Shown here piece by piece: positions 8,378 through 17,021 of a stretch of DNA of 17,033 bases. The notes under the pieces were generated by a model that made no database searches, was not told the DNA's origin, and saw only the letters and a list, made by a program, of their open reading frames with translations. Each line of letters opens with the position of its first letter. The first letter of the stretch is position 1. Origin of the DNA: Promethearchaeota archaeon (GTDB lineage Archaea > Asgardarchaeota > Lokiarchaeia > Sigyniarchaeales > SOKP01). The stretch is from contig JAFGOA010000170.1 of the NCBI GenBank assembly GCA_016926735.1, forward strand, positions 1-17,033, in the 5' to 3' direction. The translations under genes and the position numbers were made by a program.

Positions 8378-9166
8378 TCATTTATTTTTAGTTCCACATT
8401 CAGAACAATAATACATATGCTCTCCTAATTTAGTACCACATGCTTTACAAAATCTTTTAATTACTTCAATTTGTGAATAATTTATTTCATGTTGGGTACT
8501 ACTACAATATATACATGGTTTATCTGGATTATTAATTTCATTTTTGCAATATGAACAAATGAATTTATTGTATTTGGTTTTTTCATTTAATACATCTAAA
8601 ATATCTCTATTTTTCGAGTAATTTTTGTATAAAGGCTTTATCCGTAGACTTATATATCCTATTACTACAAAAAATATTAAAAATCCATAAAAAATCCAAA
8701 TAAAATTAAAATACCTTGAATCAAATTTTATAGTATAATCAACTGTTCCAGCTCCATTTGAGGTGAATAAAAAATGATAATTATCATTTTTTTTTAAATT
8801 AATAATTCCAGAATCCTCATAAGAGTTAGTAAATAATCTATAATAAGTTATAGTTAAATTTCTCATCCATTCAGGATAAGCGGGATTAGTTGCGTAATCT
8901 GGATAATATTCGAGTATAAAATAATCATAGTCTGTAATAATTTCTAATGTTATTGGACATGTACTTTTTATCTCCCATTCGATATTTTCTTCTGCATTTG
9001 TACCCAAAAAATACAATTGTTTTTGAGTATTAATTTCAAAAGTACCTTTTTTTTTATAAGAAGGTAAACTTAGATTAGAGTTGTTAAATGAAAAAATTAC
9101 TATATTTAGGAACATTGTGAACATTCCCAATAAAATTACAATTTGAAAATATTGTATTTTTTTCAT
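8378..9166 (-). CDS. Membrane protein with beta-rich (GOLD-like) extracytoplasmic domain and C-terminal double zinc ribbon
   Basis: N-terminal TM/signal segment, second TM (FIWIFYGFLIFFVVIGYISL) and four CxxC motifs (CSYC, CIYC, CKAC, CSEC). GAGGT SD-like motif upstream of the ATG. Confidence 0.8.
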   Translation of the reverse strand: MKKIQYFQIVILLGMFTMFLNIVIFSFNNSNLSLPSYKKKGTFEINTQKQLYFLGTNAEENIEWEIKSTCPITLEIITDYDYFILEYYPDYATNPAYPEWMRNLTITYYRLFTNSYEDSGIINLKKNDNYHFLFTSNGAGTVDYTIKFDSRYFNFIWIFYGFLIFFVVIGYISLRIKPLYKNYSKNRDILDVLNEKTKYNKFICSYCKNEINNPDKPCIYCSSTQHEINYSQIEVIKRFCKACGTKLGEHMYYCSECGTKNK

Positions 9167-9605
9167 TATTTTTACCTCTATAACAATTAATATACGTTAT
9201 AATATAATAATATATATTAGGATATATAAATATTTTGGGGAAAAAAAAATAAAAACCTTTCTTTATTAATACATCGTAAAGTGAAATTAAAGTAATATTC
9301 ATATGACAGCTGTGTCCGTCAGTTACTACGGCAGAACTTAACCAATAGTTAAATCCTTTTAGAAAATAGACATGAATTTCGATTTGCTTCTGATTCTCAT
9401 GGAACGTATGCACTTTATCATGAAGAATACCTTCTCCTAGGGCTTGGTCTCTTATTGATTGATTCTCAATGATATTCGTCTCTTCAGAATGATCAATAAT
9501 TTGATGGATATCCTTCTGAGCAAGATTAAATCCTATAAAAATAATTAAAACTGTTAAAAAAATTGCTCTTAAACGGCTCTTTCTATTGTCTTTTGGAATA
9601 CACAC
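9084..9605 (-). pseudogene. Probable truncated remnant of a secreted/membrane-anchored protein gene
   Basis: GTG start, basic N-terminus plus TM segment and a plausible beta-rich stretch to about 9280. The frame then runs through low-complexity AT-rich DNA (FYFFF, NIYYYIITY) and overlaps the next gene by 83 bp. Confidence 0.5.
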
Positions 9606-9767
9606 AACTTTCCATCTCTCTATGTCGAAATTTTTAGGTAGATCGTTATTAGAAAGACAATAAACCGAATATATTTAAAGAAAAAATCTAACTCGTTGAT
9701 ATTTTTTTTTTATATACTCTTATCTAATGCTTTTTTTAGATTATAAATAATAAATTCATGATAAAAT

Positions 9768-10277
9768 ATGGTAAAGATTACATATGATAATTTTCGAGAT
9801 GTAAATTGTAGATATGCTAAATTTATTCAAAAAAGAAGAGATACATTCCTGCTCCCTATTATAGATTTTAGGGTTTTAAAACGGATTTTGCTTAAAGAGT
9901 ACTCTGAGGATGATTTGGAAAAAATATTTGCTTTTTTCCCTTCTATATTAGATTCTGAAGTTTCTGAGCTCGATAAAGCAATATCCACTAGGTTAAATAT
10001 TGGATTTTATGAGGATTTTCAACTGGTGGAGCACGAAAGGAAAGAATTTGTTTTGGTTAATATTTACTCAGATTTTTTTGAAAATGCTCCATTGATGGAA
10101 AAAATAATGTCTCAGCCAATCCCTTTTAGTAAGTTTGTGACGATTAGCTTTGATACTTTTGTTGAGCTCTCGACAGGGAATTTAATCATGGACCTTGAGT
10201 ATATTTTCAAAGGGGGATGGAAAGAAGAAAATAGGAAATTTAGCGAATTAAGATTAAAACAAGGAATGTTTATATAA
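9768..10277 (+). CDS. Hypothetical protein
   Basis: 169 aa ATG-started ORF with normal composition. No motif recognised. Confidence 0.7.
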   Translation: MVKITYDNFRDVNCRYAKFIQKRRDTFLLPIIDFRVLKRILLKEYSEDDLEKIFAFFPSILDSEVSELDKAISTRLNIGFYEDFQLVEHERKEFVLVNIYSDFFENAPLMEKIMSQPIPFSKFVTISFDTFVELSTGNLIMDLEYIFKGGWKEENRKFSELRLKQGMFI

Positions 10278-10342
10278 AAAATACTATATATTTTGAAGAA
10301 AAATGTTAATAGTTCTTTTTAATAAACAAAGTGTAATAGAAT

Positions 10343-10891
10343 TTATTTATAAATGAATATTTCTCCTTTTGGTACAAGAACCAACCTAATTTCTTTAAAT
10401 TCCTCTTTATATTTATCTTTAAGTATACTAAATGATTTCTCTTCACTGACAAAAAAAAATTTATAATCTGCCTTAGTTTTATTTAATTTTTTGAAATCTT
10501 TAAAAATTGATTCTTTCTGTTGTGCTCCAAAATCTTTTTTTTTGTAGGGATATGTTGCTTTTATCTCAGCTATTAATCTTTTACCATTGTATAATTTTTC
10601 ATCTATATCTAATCCTTTTGCTCCTTGCGGTTTATGAGCTGCATCTATTTCACGGGAAAAGCTAAAATTCTTCATTAAATAGTCTTTTACTAATAAACAT
10701 GCAGAAAAGCTTATATCCATATTAAAATTTTTTATTATATTTTTTAAGAATCTTAAATAATCATAAAAATCTTTTATTTTAACAATATCTTTAGGGATTT
10801 TTTCTTTTATCAGAAAATTTTTGATTTTTTCAATTTTACTAATTATTTTTTGAAATTCAGTTAGCTCTCTTTGAGTTCTGTCCGATGGCAT
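10343..10891 (-). CDS. PD-(D/E)XK restriction-endonuclease-fold protein
   Basis: QGAKGLDID...RLIAEIKAT gives D...ExK, followed by helix FGAQQKESIFKDFKKL and strand KFFFVSE. N-terminal helical region. Confidence 0.7.
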   Translation of the reverse strand: MPSDRTQRELTEFQKIISKIEKIKNFLIKEKIPKDIVKIKDFYDYLRFLKNIIKNFNMDISFSACLLVKDYLMKNFSFSREIDAAHKPQGAKGLDIDEKLYNGKRLIAEIKATYPYKKKDFGAQQKESIFKDFKKLNKTKADYKFFFVSEEKSFSILKDKYKEEFKEIRLVLVPKGEIFIYK

Positions 10892-11011
10892 GTATTATAA
10901 GATATAGTGATGGCTATATATAACTTAGTACAAAATATTATATTTATCTAAAAAATAGATTAAAAAACTCTTGTATTAATATCTCAACATATTTCTTTGT
11001 ACTTTCTTTCA

Positions 11012-13483
11012 TTAATTAATCTTTAAGACTTCTATTCTTTCAGTTAGCAATAAAAAGGTCTCAGAATTTTCTAATTCAAGCGTCTTTAGAATTTCCAAAG
11101 CTTCATTATACATACTTAAAGCTTGTTGTTTTTTACCTAATTTACTATAAACAGTACCAGTGTTATAGAGTGCCATTGCAATTGTCGATAAATTACCTAA
11201 ATTTCTATGAATTTCAAGAGATTCAGTACAATATTTTAAAGCGTCACTATAATATCCACAATCTATATAAATAACTCCTACATCATTAAGATAATCTGCT
11301 TTTAAGGAATCATTTCCTAATGTTTCTTGAATAGCAAAACCTTTTTTAAAGCTATCTTTTGCTTTTCCTACTTGCTTTTCTAATAGAAATATCTCTCCTA
11401 TTCTCATATGAATATTTGCTTCAAAATAGAGATGTCCTATCCATTTTGCAATTTTTAATGCCTTTTTATAATATTTCAACGCTCTTGATGTATTTCTCTG
11501 ATATCGATTCAAGAGTCCAATTTGATAAAGTAGTTTAATTTTACCAGATAGGTCACCTAACGTCATATAAATATTCAGACAATCCTCAAAATAACCTTGA
11601 GCTTTATTATAATCCTTTTTATCCAAATAAATCTCTCCTAATCTATTTAGAGCACCAGCAATTCCTAATATATATCCAATATCCTTTCCTAATGTAAGAG
11701 CGTATTCAAAATAATCGATAGCTCTGTCAAAGTCTGTTTGAAATGCAAATATATTACCTATACGAATATTAGAATTTACAATTCCCTTATTATCACCTAG
11801 ATCTTCATATATTTTCAATGCATCTTTTGCTATTGTAAAGGCTCTATTATATTTATTTAAACCTATATAGAGTACACTGATATTATTCAGACAATCTGCT
11901 ATTCCTGAGGGGTTTCCTAATTCTTCAAATATTTTTAACGCATCTTCGCAATCTTGTAATGCTTCAGAGTATTTTCCTAATTTATATTTGACTATAGCTA
12001 AATTATTAATATGAGTTGCTATTGAGATAAGATCTCCTCTCTCTCTAAAATAAAAAAGCGATTTTGAATAATATTTAATTGCTTTAACATAATGTCCTCG
12101 TTCCTTATGTATTAAGCCAATATTACTATAGACTTTTCCTAAAAATCTTGGATCTTTATCTTGGTTAAAAATCTCTAAAGCTTGATGATAATAATCTAAA
12201 GCCTTGCTAAATGCTCCTAATTCTTTATAATCTTCACCTATTCTTACAAAAACTTCCCCTTTCTCCAATAAATAATTATGGGACTCTACATTTTCAAGAA
12301 TTTGTTTATTGATTTCTATGGATTTTTTATATTCTCCTTGCATATTATATAATAAAGCAATATTATGGAGTGCTATAAAATACCAATCCTCGTCTTTATC
12401 CTCTATTGCTAAATTTTTCATACTTTCTGAACAAAATCTAGCTTGAGAATAATCCCCACTCCCTACATATATTTTAAACGCGATATTATATTTTTCCTTA
12501 ATATCTGGGGATTTAAGGTTTTCCTTCAACCATTTATGTAAATTAACAGAAAAATTAGGTTTAGATTCACTATTTTTAATATTAGAAAGTATATTAATTA
12601 GGTTTAATGTGTCTATATTGATTCGATATATATTTTGAATATCAGTATTTTTCTTAATATCTGCTAAGATTAGATTGATTTTATCTTGTATGTCTTGATT
12701 AGAAGATTCAATTTCATAAATTTCGCTAATTCCATCTGAATCTTGTTGATGATTAATCCAAATAATGCTTTTTAAATCCTTGAGTTGTCTCAATGTTGGT
12801 ACAATATCAAAATCATCACTTCCAGAATATCCCATAATTACTAAAGTTCGATCTTTTGATATGTGTTTAAATAATTCTCGCTTAAAGGATTCTATTTGAA
12901 AGATATTGAGTCCTTCTTTGTTTGAGCCAAATGCTTGAATTGTTGCAATTAAAGAATCTCTCGTATCTTCTCCGGTAATTATATTTTTCACTGAACCATG
13001 AACCTTGTATACTAATTTTTTTCCTTTTTCATACCATTCGTTTGGAGCAGAGTATAATTCAAAGTTTTTTTTTGTAATTACAGGTATAATGTCTTCTTTT
13101 GAGTTGCCCAAATTTAGCAAGGCAATTTCTATTAAATTATCAAAATTAGTAGTAAGCACATAATTACCTTCTTCTATCATTTTAGCCAAAAAGAAGTGAA
13201 TTTTATTTGGTAAATCACATAACCCATAAAAATCGATGATTTTTAAATTTGGATCGATTGAATCTCGAATAATTTCGATTAATTGCTCAAACCTAAGGTC
13301 TTTTATACTCAGAATATTATTAATCTCCGATTCTGGGCATGCATGTCTGATAAGTGCCTCCATCATTTCACGACCTAAAGGTAAGGATGAAGGAGGATCA
13401 GTAGAACACCCTGCTCCAATAAGAAATGATAATCTTGTTTTATTTTTAAAAAGATCTTTGACTGTTAGATTGGATTGTTGCAT
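11012..13483 (-). CDS. SIR2-like (SIR2_2 type) domain + TPR repeat protein
   Basis: FLIGAGCS, LTTNFDNLIE, YKVHGS and IMGYSGSDDFDI sirtuin-fold motifs. About 12 consecutive 40-aa TPR units in the C-terminal 490 aa. Confidence 0.9.
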   Translation of the reverse strand: MQQSNLTVKDLFKNKTRLSFLIGAGCSTDPPSSLPLGREMMEALIRHACPESEINNILSIKDLRFEQLIEIIRDSIDPNLKIIDFYGLCDLPNKIHFFLAKMIEEGNYVLTTNFDNLIEIALLNLGNSKEDIIPVITKKNFELYSAPNEWYEKGKKLVYKVHGSVKNIITGEDTRDSLIATIQAFGSNKEGLNIFQIESFKRELFKHISKDRTLVIMGYSGSDDFDIVPTLRQLKDLKSIIWINHQQDSDGISEIYEIESSNQDIQDKINLILADIKKNTDIQNIYRINIDTLNLINILSNIKNSESKPNFSVNLHKWLKENLKSPDIKEKYNIAFKIYVGSGDYSQARFCSESMKNLAIEDKDEDWYFIALHNIALLYNMQGEYKKSIEINKQILENVESHNYLLEKGEVFVRIGEDYKELGAFSKALDYYHQALEIFNQDKDPRFLGKVYSNIGLIHKERGHYVKAIKYYSKSLFYFRERGDLISIATHINNLAIVKYKLGKYSEALQDCEDALKIFEELGNPSGIADCLNNISVLYIGLNKYNRAFTIAKDALKIYEDLGDNKGIVNSNIRIGNIFAFQTDFDRAIDYFEYALTLGKDIGYILGIAGALNRLGEIYLDKKDYNKAQGYFEDCLNIYMTLGDLSGKIKLLYQIGLLNRYQRNTSRALKYYKKALKIAKWIGHLYFEANIHMRIGEIFLLEKQVGKAKDSFKKGFAIQETLGNDSLKADYLNDVGVIYIDCGYYSDALKYCTESLEIHRNLGNLSTIAMALYNTGTVYSKLGKKQQALSMYNEALEILKTLELENSETFLLLTERIEVLKIN

Positions 13484-13510
13484 TATTGATTTCGCTTTAT
13501 AATTAGGTTA

Positions 13511-13536
13511 CTCTATTTGTGTTAATAGAGATTAAC
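13511..13536. promoter_or_regulatory. Overlapping inverted repeats in the divergent promoter region
   Basis: CTCTATT-N6-AATAGAG (13511-13530) and GTTAAT-N4-ATTAAC (13521-13536) in the 168-bp gap between the divergent SIR2-TPR and PRTase-like genes. Confidence 0.3.
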
Positions 13537-13651
13537 TATCTTATTATAATTTTCCTTTAACTAAAAAAATATCTAGGAACCCATATTAAAAAGGTTTAAA
13601 TGATTGCCTATATATTTCTAAAAATAATATAATTGACATAATTCCTTCCTA

Positions 13652-16204
13652 ATGAAAAATTTTCTAGATTTTAGCAACAAACTCATAAATGAAAATTTAT
13701 TTGAAGATTATAAATCAATACATATCAGATTTATTGCTTATAAAGAAGATAGACAGTATTATATCTCCCATTTTAGATTTCAATTCTCTTCTCAGAGTGA
13801 GGGACAAATTAATTCATATGAATCAATTGATAAGGAATCAATATACATAGAAGAAACCATAAAAGTAAAAGATTTTTTACAATGTTTTCAATATGATAAA
13901 AAAAAAATGTACTTTATACTATTTGATAATAAATACTGGTTTCATGATTATATTAATGAACCAAATTCCTATGAAGAATTTCTTACACAAATAGATTCAA
14001 AATATCAGAAATATAATATTCTTCGTTCTAAGAATTTAATGAGTATTCTATATTGTAATACCCTTTATAATCTTGATGGAAATTATAATCAGTATGAAAT
14101 TAATGGAAATTCTAGAATAACAAATCAAGATATTGAAATTAAATATCCTGTCTTAGAACTTAAATATAATAAGAATATTTTTTTCATAAAAGGAGAACTC
14201 CTAAATGGTCAAGAAATTATTGAAAAAGAAATGGGATTAGGTTCCCTCCTTTATAATATACCAATAATTCTTATTGAATTTCCCATTGAATCATTCAAAT
14301 TTAGTATTAAAACAAGAAGTTGGGATAAGAAAAAAGTTAAGATCAATATTAATTGGGATGTTGATAACAAATATAAAGAGATACTTGAAATATTCTATGC
14401 AGTTCAAGAGGATAAACAAATCATTGAAGAAAAAAACCTTATAATAGAAAAAAATCTTGAAGAATTTAAAAATATAGATATTCTTATATGGTGGAAAGGA
14501 AATCCACAAATTCTTAAAGAGAATACAAGATTATTTTGGATACAATTAAATAATTATTATGATACAACCCAAAATATTGAGAATATAAAAAATCTTAAAG
14601 AAAGAATAAAAGAATTTAAAAAAGTAATTATTGATGAGTCATCCATAGAAAATCGATTAAAATATTCTCTTAATATATCAAATATTTATGGAAAGATAAT
14701 CAATGAATATACTCTTATTTATAGATTGGGTATAATAGACTTTTCAAGAAAAATATGGTTATACAAGCAGTTAAGACTAAGGTACTATGGAATATATATT
14801 AGCCTCTATTTAGATACTATTCCGTTAGAAAGACAAAATTTTCAAAATATTCTTAGATATTGTAGCTTATTATATTTAGATTTTATAGAGAATAAGAATT
14901 TAGTCTATGAAGAGCAGCAAAAACGATTAAAGAAAAGAGATTCATACTTTGGGGCAGGAGAATCACCTATTATTGAAATCAATATTTTGTATTATAATAT
15001 AAATAATGCTGTAAAAATAATTCAGAAAAATATAGAGAATGGATTTATTAGAAATGAAAATCCTTATCTTTTTCTTGAAAATTTTGAAATACTTGGAGAT
15101 TTACACATACATCAAGCAATTTTAAGATTAATTTCTGATAATGGTCTATTTCTCAAAACAGATATTGATTTGGATATAGCTTTAAAATGTTATAAGAAAG
15201 CTCTAAAATATAAGAAAATTGTAGAGATACCAGGAGTTGGAATGCTCAGCATTTATGTTCAAGAATATATGAGAATCTACAATATTTTTATGAGAGAAGG
15301 ATATTTAGAAGGAAAAATTAATTTTATAAACTCAATAATAAATCCAGATAAAGAAACTAAGAAAGCAGTAAACATTCAATATTCTACATCATTAGACTCT
15401 TTAATTGAGAATGTTTCTACTAAAATTAATAAAATAAGTATAACTGAGCTTGACCTCTTACGATTTTTGGATCAATTTACTTCAGAGGAATTGAAGAGAG
15501 CAATATTGATATTATTAGATAAAGCCTATATTAGAACAAATAGAGAGATTATAATTGAATTGAAGGAACAAATCAACATACAAATTGATAATTTAAAAAA
15601 TACATATATTATTCTGTTTCCAGATACAGAATTAAAGAGTAATATATTAATAGCTAATCAATTGCCAAAGTTAACAAACATTCAATTTAATTTTATTCGC
15701 TCGGAACAATTAACTGAAAAATTAAACGAATGTCAACATGGTGTTATATATGATTTTCTTTATTTAGATGATGTTATAGGTATAGGAAACCAATGTGTGG
15801 ATCTTTTTGATAAGTATCTTTCAAATGAATATTCAAAAATACAAGAAATTGTAGATCATAATCCAAATATACGCTTTTGGATTATATCTTGTTTTGGATC
15901 ACAAGAATCAAAATGTTTTATTTCCTCTCGAATCCGATTTATACATCATCATAATATTATCTTTAAAACACCGATAAGAAAAGAAGATAAAGCATTTAGT
16001 AAAAAAAAAGAAATCTCAGTAGATACTATGAATAAATTAAAAATATTCTTAGAGGAAGCGGATAATAAATGGTGGAGAGGACGTGATAATTGTGAATATC
16101 TAGTACTTACAGAATCTAATACACCAAATTGTTCAATAGGGTGTCTATGGAGAAAAGAGAGCAATATAAAACCATTACATCATAGAATACATTACCCCAT
16201 ATAA
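13652..16204 (+). CDS. Large protein with C-terminal PRTase-CE-like (phosphoribosyltransferase-fold conflict effector) domain
   Basis: C-terminal ~255 aa: LLRFLDQF...AILILLDK, PRPP-loop-like FLYLDDVIGIGNQ, GRDNCEYLVL and NTPNCSIGCLW...PLHHR. Central helical/TPR-like segment (DIALKCYKKALKY). N-terminus unassigned. Confidence 0.7.
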   Translation: MKNFLDFSNKLINENLFEDYKSIHIRFIAYKEDRQYYISHFRFQFSSQSEGQINSYESIDKESIYIEETIKVKDFLQCFQYDKKKMYFILFDNKYWFHDYINEPNSYEEFLTQIDSKYQKYNILRSKNLMSILYCNTLYNLDGNYNQYEINGNSRITNQDIEIKYPVLELKYNKNIFFIKGELLNGQEIIEKEMGLGSLLYNIPIILIEFPIESFKFSIKTRSWDKKKVKININWDVDNKYKEILEIFYAVQEDKQIIEEKNLIIEKNLEEFKNIDILIWWKGNPQILKENTRLFWIQLNNYYDTTQNIENIKNLKERIKEFKKVIIDESSIENRLKYSLNISNIYGKIINEYTLIYRLGIIDFSRKIWLYKQLRLRYYGIYISLYLDTIPLERQNFQNILRYCSLLYLDFIENKNLVYEEQQKRLKKRDSYFGAGESPIIEINILYYNINNAVKIIQKNIENGFIRNENPYLFLENFEILGDLHIHQAILRLISDNGLFLKTDIDLDIALKCYKKALKYKKIVEIPGVGMLSIYVQEYMRIYNIFMREGYLEGKINFINSIINPDKETKKAVNIQYSTSLDSLIENVSTKINKISITELDLLRFLDQFTSEELKRAILILLDKAYIRTNREIIIELKEQINIQIDNLKNTYIILFPDTELKSNILIANQLPKLTNIQFNFIRSEQLTEKLNECQHGVIYDFLYLDDVIGIGNQCVDLFDKYLSNEYSKIQEIVDHNPNIRFWIISCFGSQESKCFISSRIRFIHHHNIIFKTPIRKEDKAFSKKKEISVDTMNKLKIFLEEADNKWWRGRDNCEYLVLTESNTPNCSIGCLWRKESNIKPLHHRIHYPI

Positions 16205-16271
16205 AATAATAACAAATCAAATGTAAAAAATTCCTTCTGAACGATTATCCCAGACTATTAAATTCATCTCT

Positions 16272-16388
16272 TTAAAGAAAATATGGTCCAAAATACTCTC
16301 CTGAGAATATAAGTGCTAATCCTCCAATTATAATAAATAAAAGTAAAATTGCTCCTATTGCCTCTAATACTTTATTATCTTTTTCCAT
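16272..16388 (-). CDS. 38-aa single-pass membrane peptide (not in the ORF track)
   Basis: Manual translation MEKDNKVLEAIGAILLLFIIIGGLALIFSGEYFGPYFL*. GGAG upstream of the ATG; co-oriented downstream of 16475-16891. Confidence 0.6.
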   Translation of the reverse strand: MEKDNKVLEAIGAILLLFIIIGGLALIFSGEYFGPYFL

Positions 16389-16474
16389 TTTTTTCTACTC
16401 CAAATTATATTTTTTATAGAATAGTATATGCTGATTTATTTAAAGAAAAAAAATCAAAAATGTACAAAAAGATG

Positions 16475-16891
16475 TTAATTATTATTTTCTTGGTGTTTTT
16501 GATTCTCTAAATACTCTTGCTTCCTCTTTCTCATTTCCCTTATTGCTTTTCTTTTTTGAGATTTAAGATATAAAAAAACTATATTTTCACTTGGTCTTGG
16601 AGTAAAATATTTATCGAGCTGACCCGTATATGCAAGAAAGCGCTCTTTAGAAATTGAGCAGGTATTAAACACGTCCTCTTTAGGAATCTGAATTCCATGT
16701 AAAAGAAGGAAATAATATGACGATAAAGCAATTAGCTGTCTGGGCACTTTAAAAATCTCGTTTTTTATACCCTCTGAATGTTTATGTCTTCTATATATTT
16801 TCTTAATCTGTTTAATAAGGTTACTTGATAGTCCAAGCCCAAACTTAACTCGATTGAATTCCTCAACTTCAAATACTGTCTCTTGGTCCAT
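16475..16891 (-). CDS. Single TFIIB/cyclin-fold repeat protein
   Basis: EFNRVKFGLGLSSNLIKQIKKIYRR...RQLIALSSYYFLLLHGIQIPKEDVFNTCSISKERF parallels a TFB core repeat. No Zn ribbon and no second repeat; basic helical tail. GAGGT upstream. Confidence 0.55.
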   Translation of the reverse strand: MDQETVFEVEEFNRVKFGLGLSSNLIKQIKKIYRRHKHSEGIKNEIFKVPRQLIALSSYYFLLLHGIQIPKEDVFNTCSISKERFLAYTGQLDKYFTPRPSENIVFLYLKSQKRKAIREMRKRKQEYLENQKHQENNN

Positions 16892-16962
16892 ACTTTTCTT
16901 ATACCTCTTATCTACTCCTATTGAACATTAAAATATGAAATCGATTTTTTTAGATTAAAAAA

Positions 16963-17021
16963 GATTTTGGGAGGACTAGCGCACCTTTAGGTATTATACC
17001 TCTTTTAGCTCTCCCAAAATC
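16963..17021. repeat. Stem-loop with perfect 11-bp inverted repeat
   Basis: GATTTTGGGAG (16963-16973) pairs with CTCCCAAAATC (17011-17021). Inner hairpin AGGTA-TTA-TACCT at 16989-17001. Confidence 0.7.

Noticed and set aside
11040-12500. 120-bp periodicity as a DNA repeat array or CRISPR
   Set aside because: The periodicity is at protein level (TPR); nucleotide copies are highly diverged and there is no repeat-spacer structure.
11012-13483. Calling this an Avs/STAND, Thoeris or DSR system
   Set aside because: There is no NTPase, no SLOG/Macro domain and no TIR partner, and the architecture does not match.
13236-13502. 88-aa plus-strand ORF
   Set aside because: Antisense shadow of the SIR2 domain.
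14291-14509. 72-aa minus-strand ORF
   Set aside because: Phe-rich antisense shadow of Lys/Glu codons in the 850-aa gene.
15949-16164. 71-aa minus-strand ORF
   Set aside because: Antisense shadow of the PRTase-like domain.
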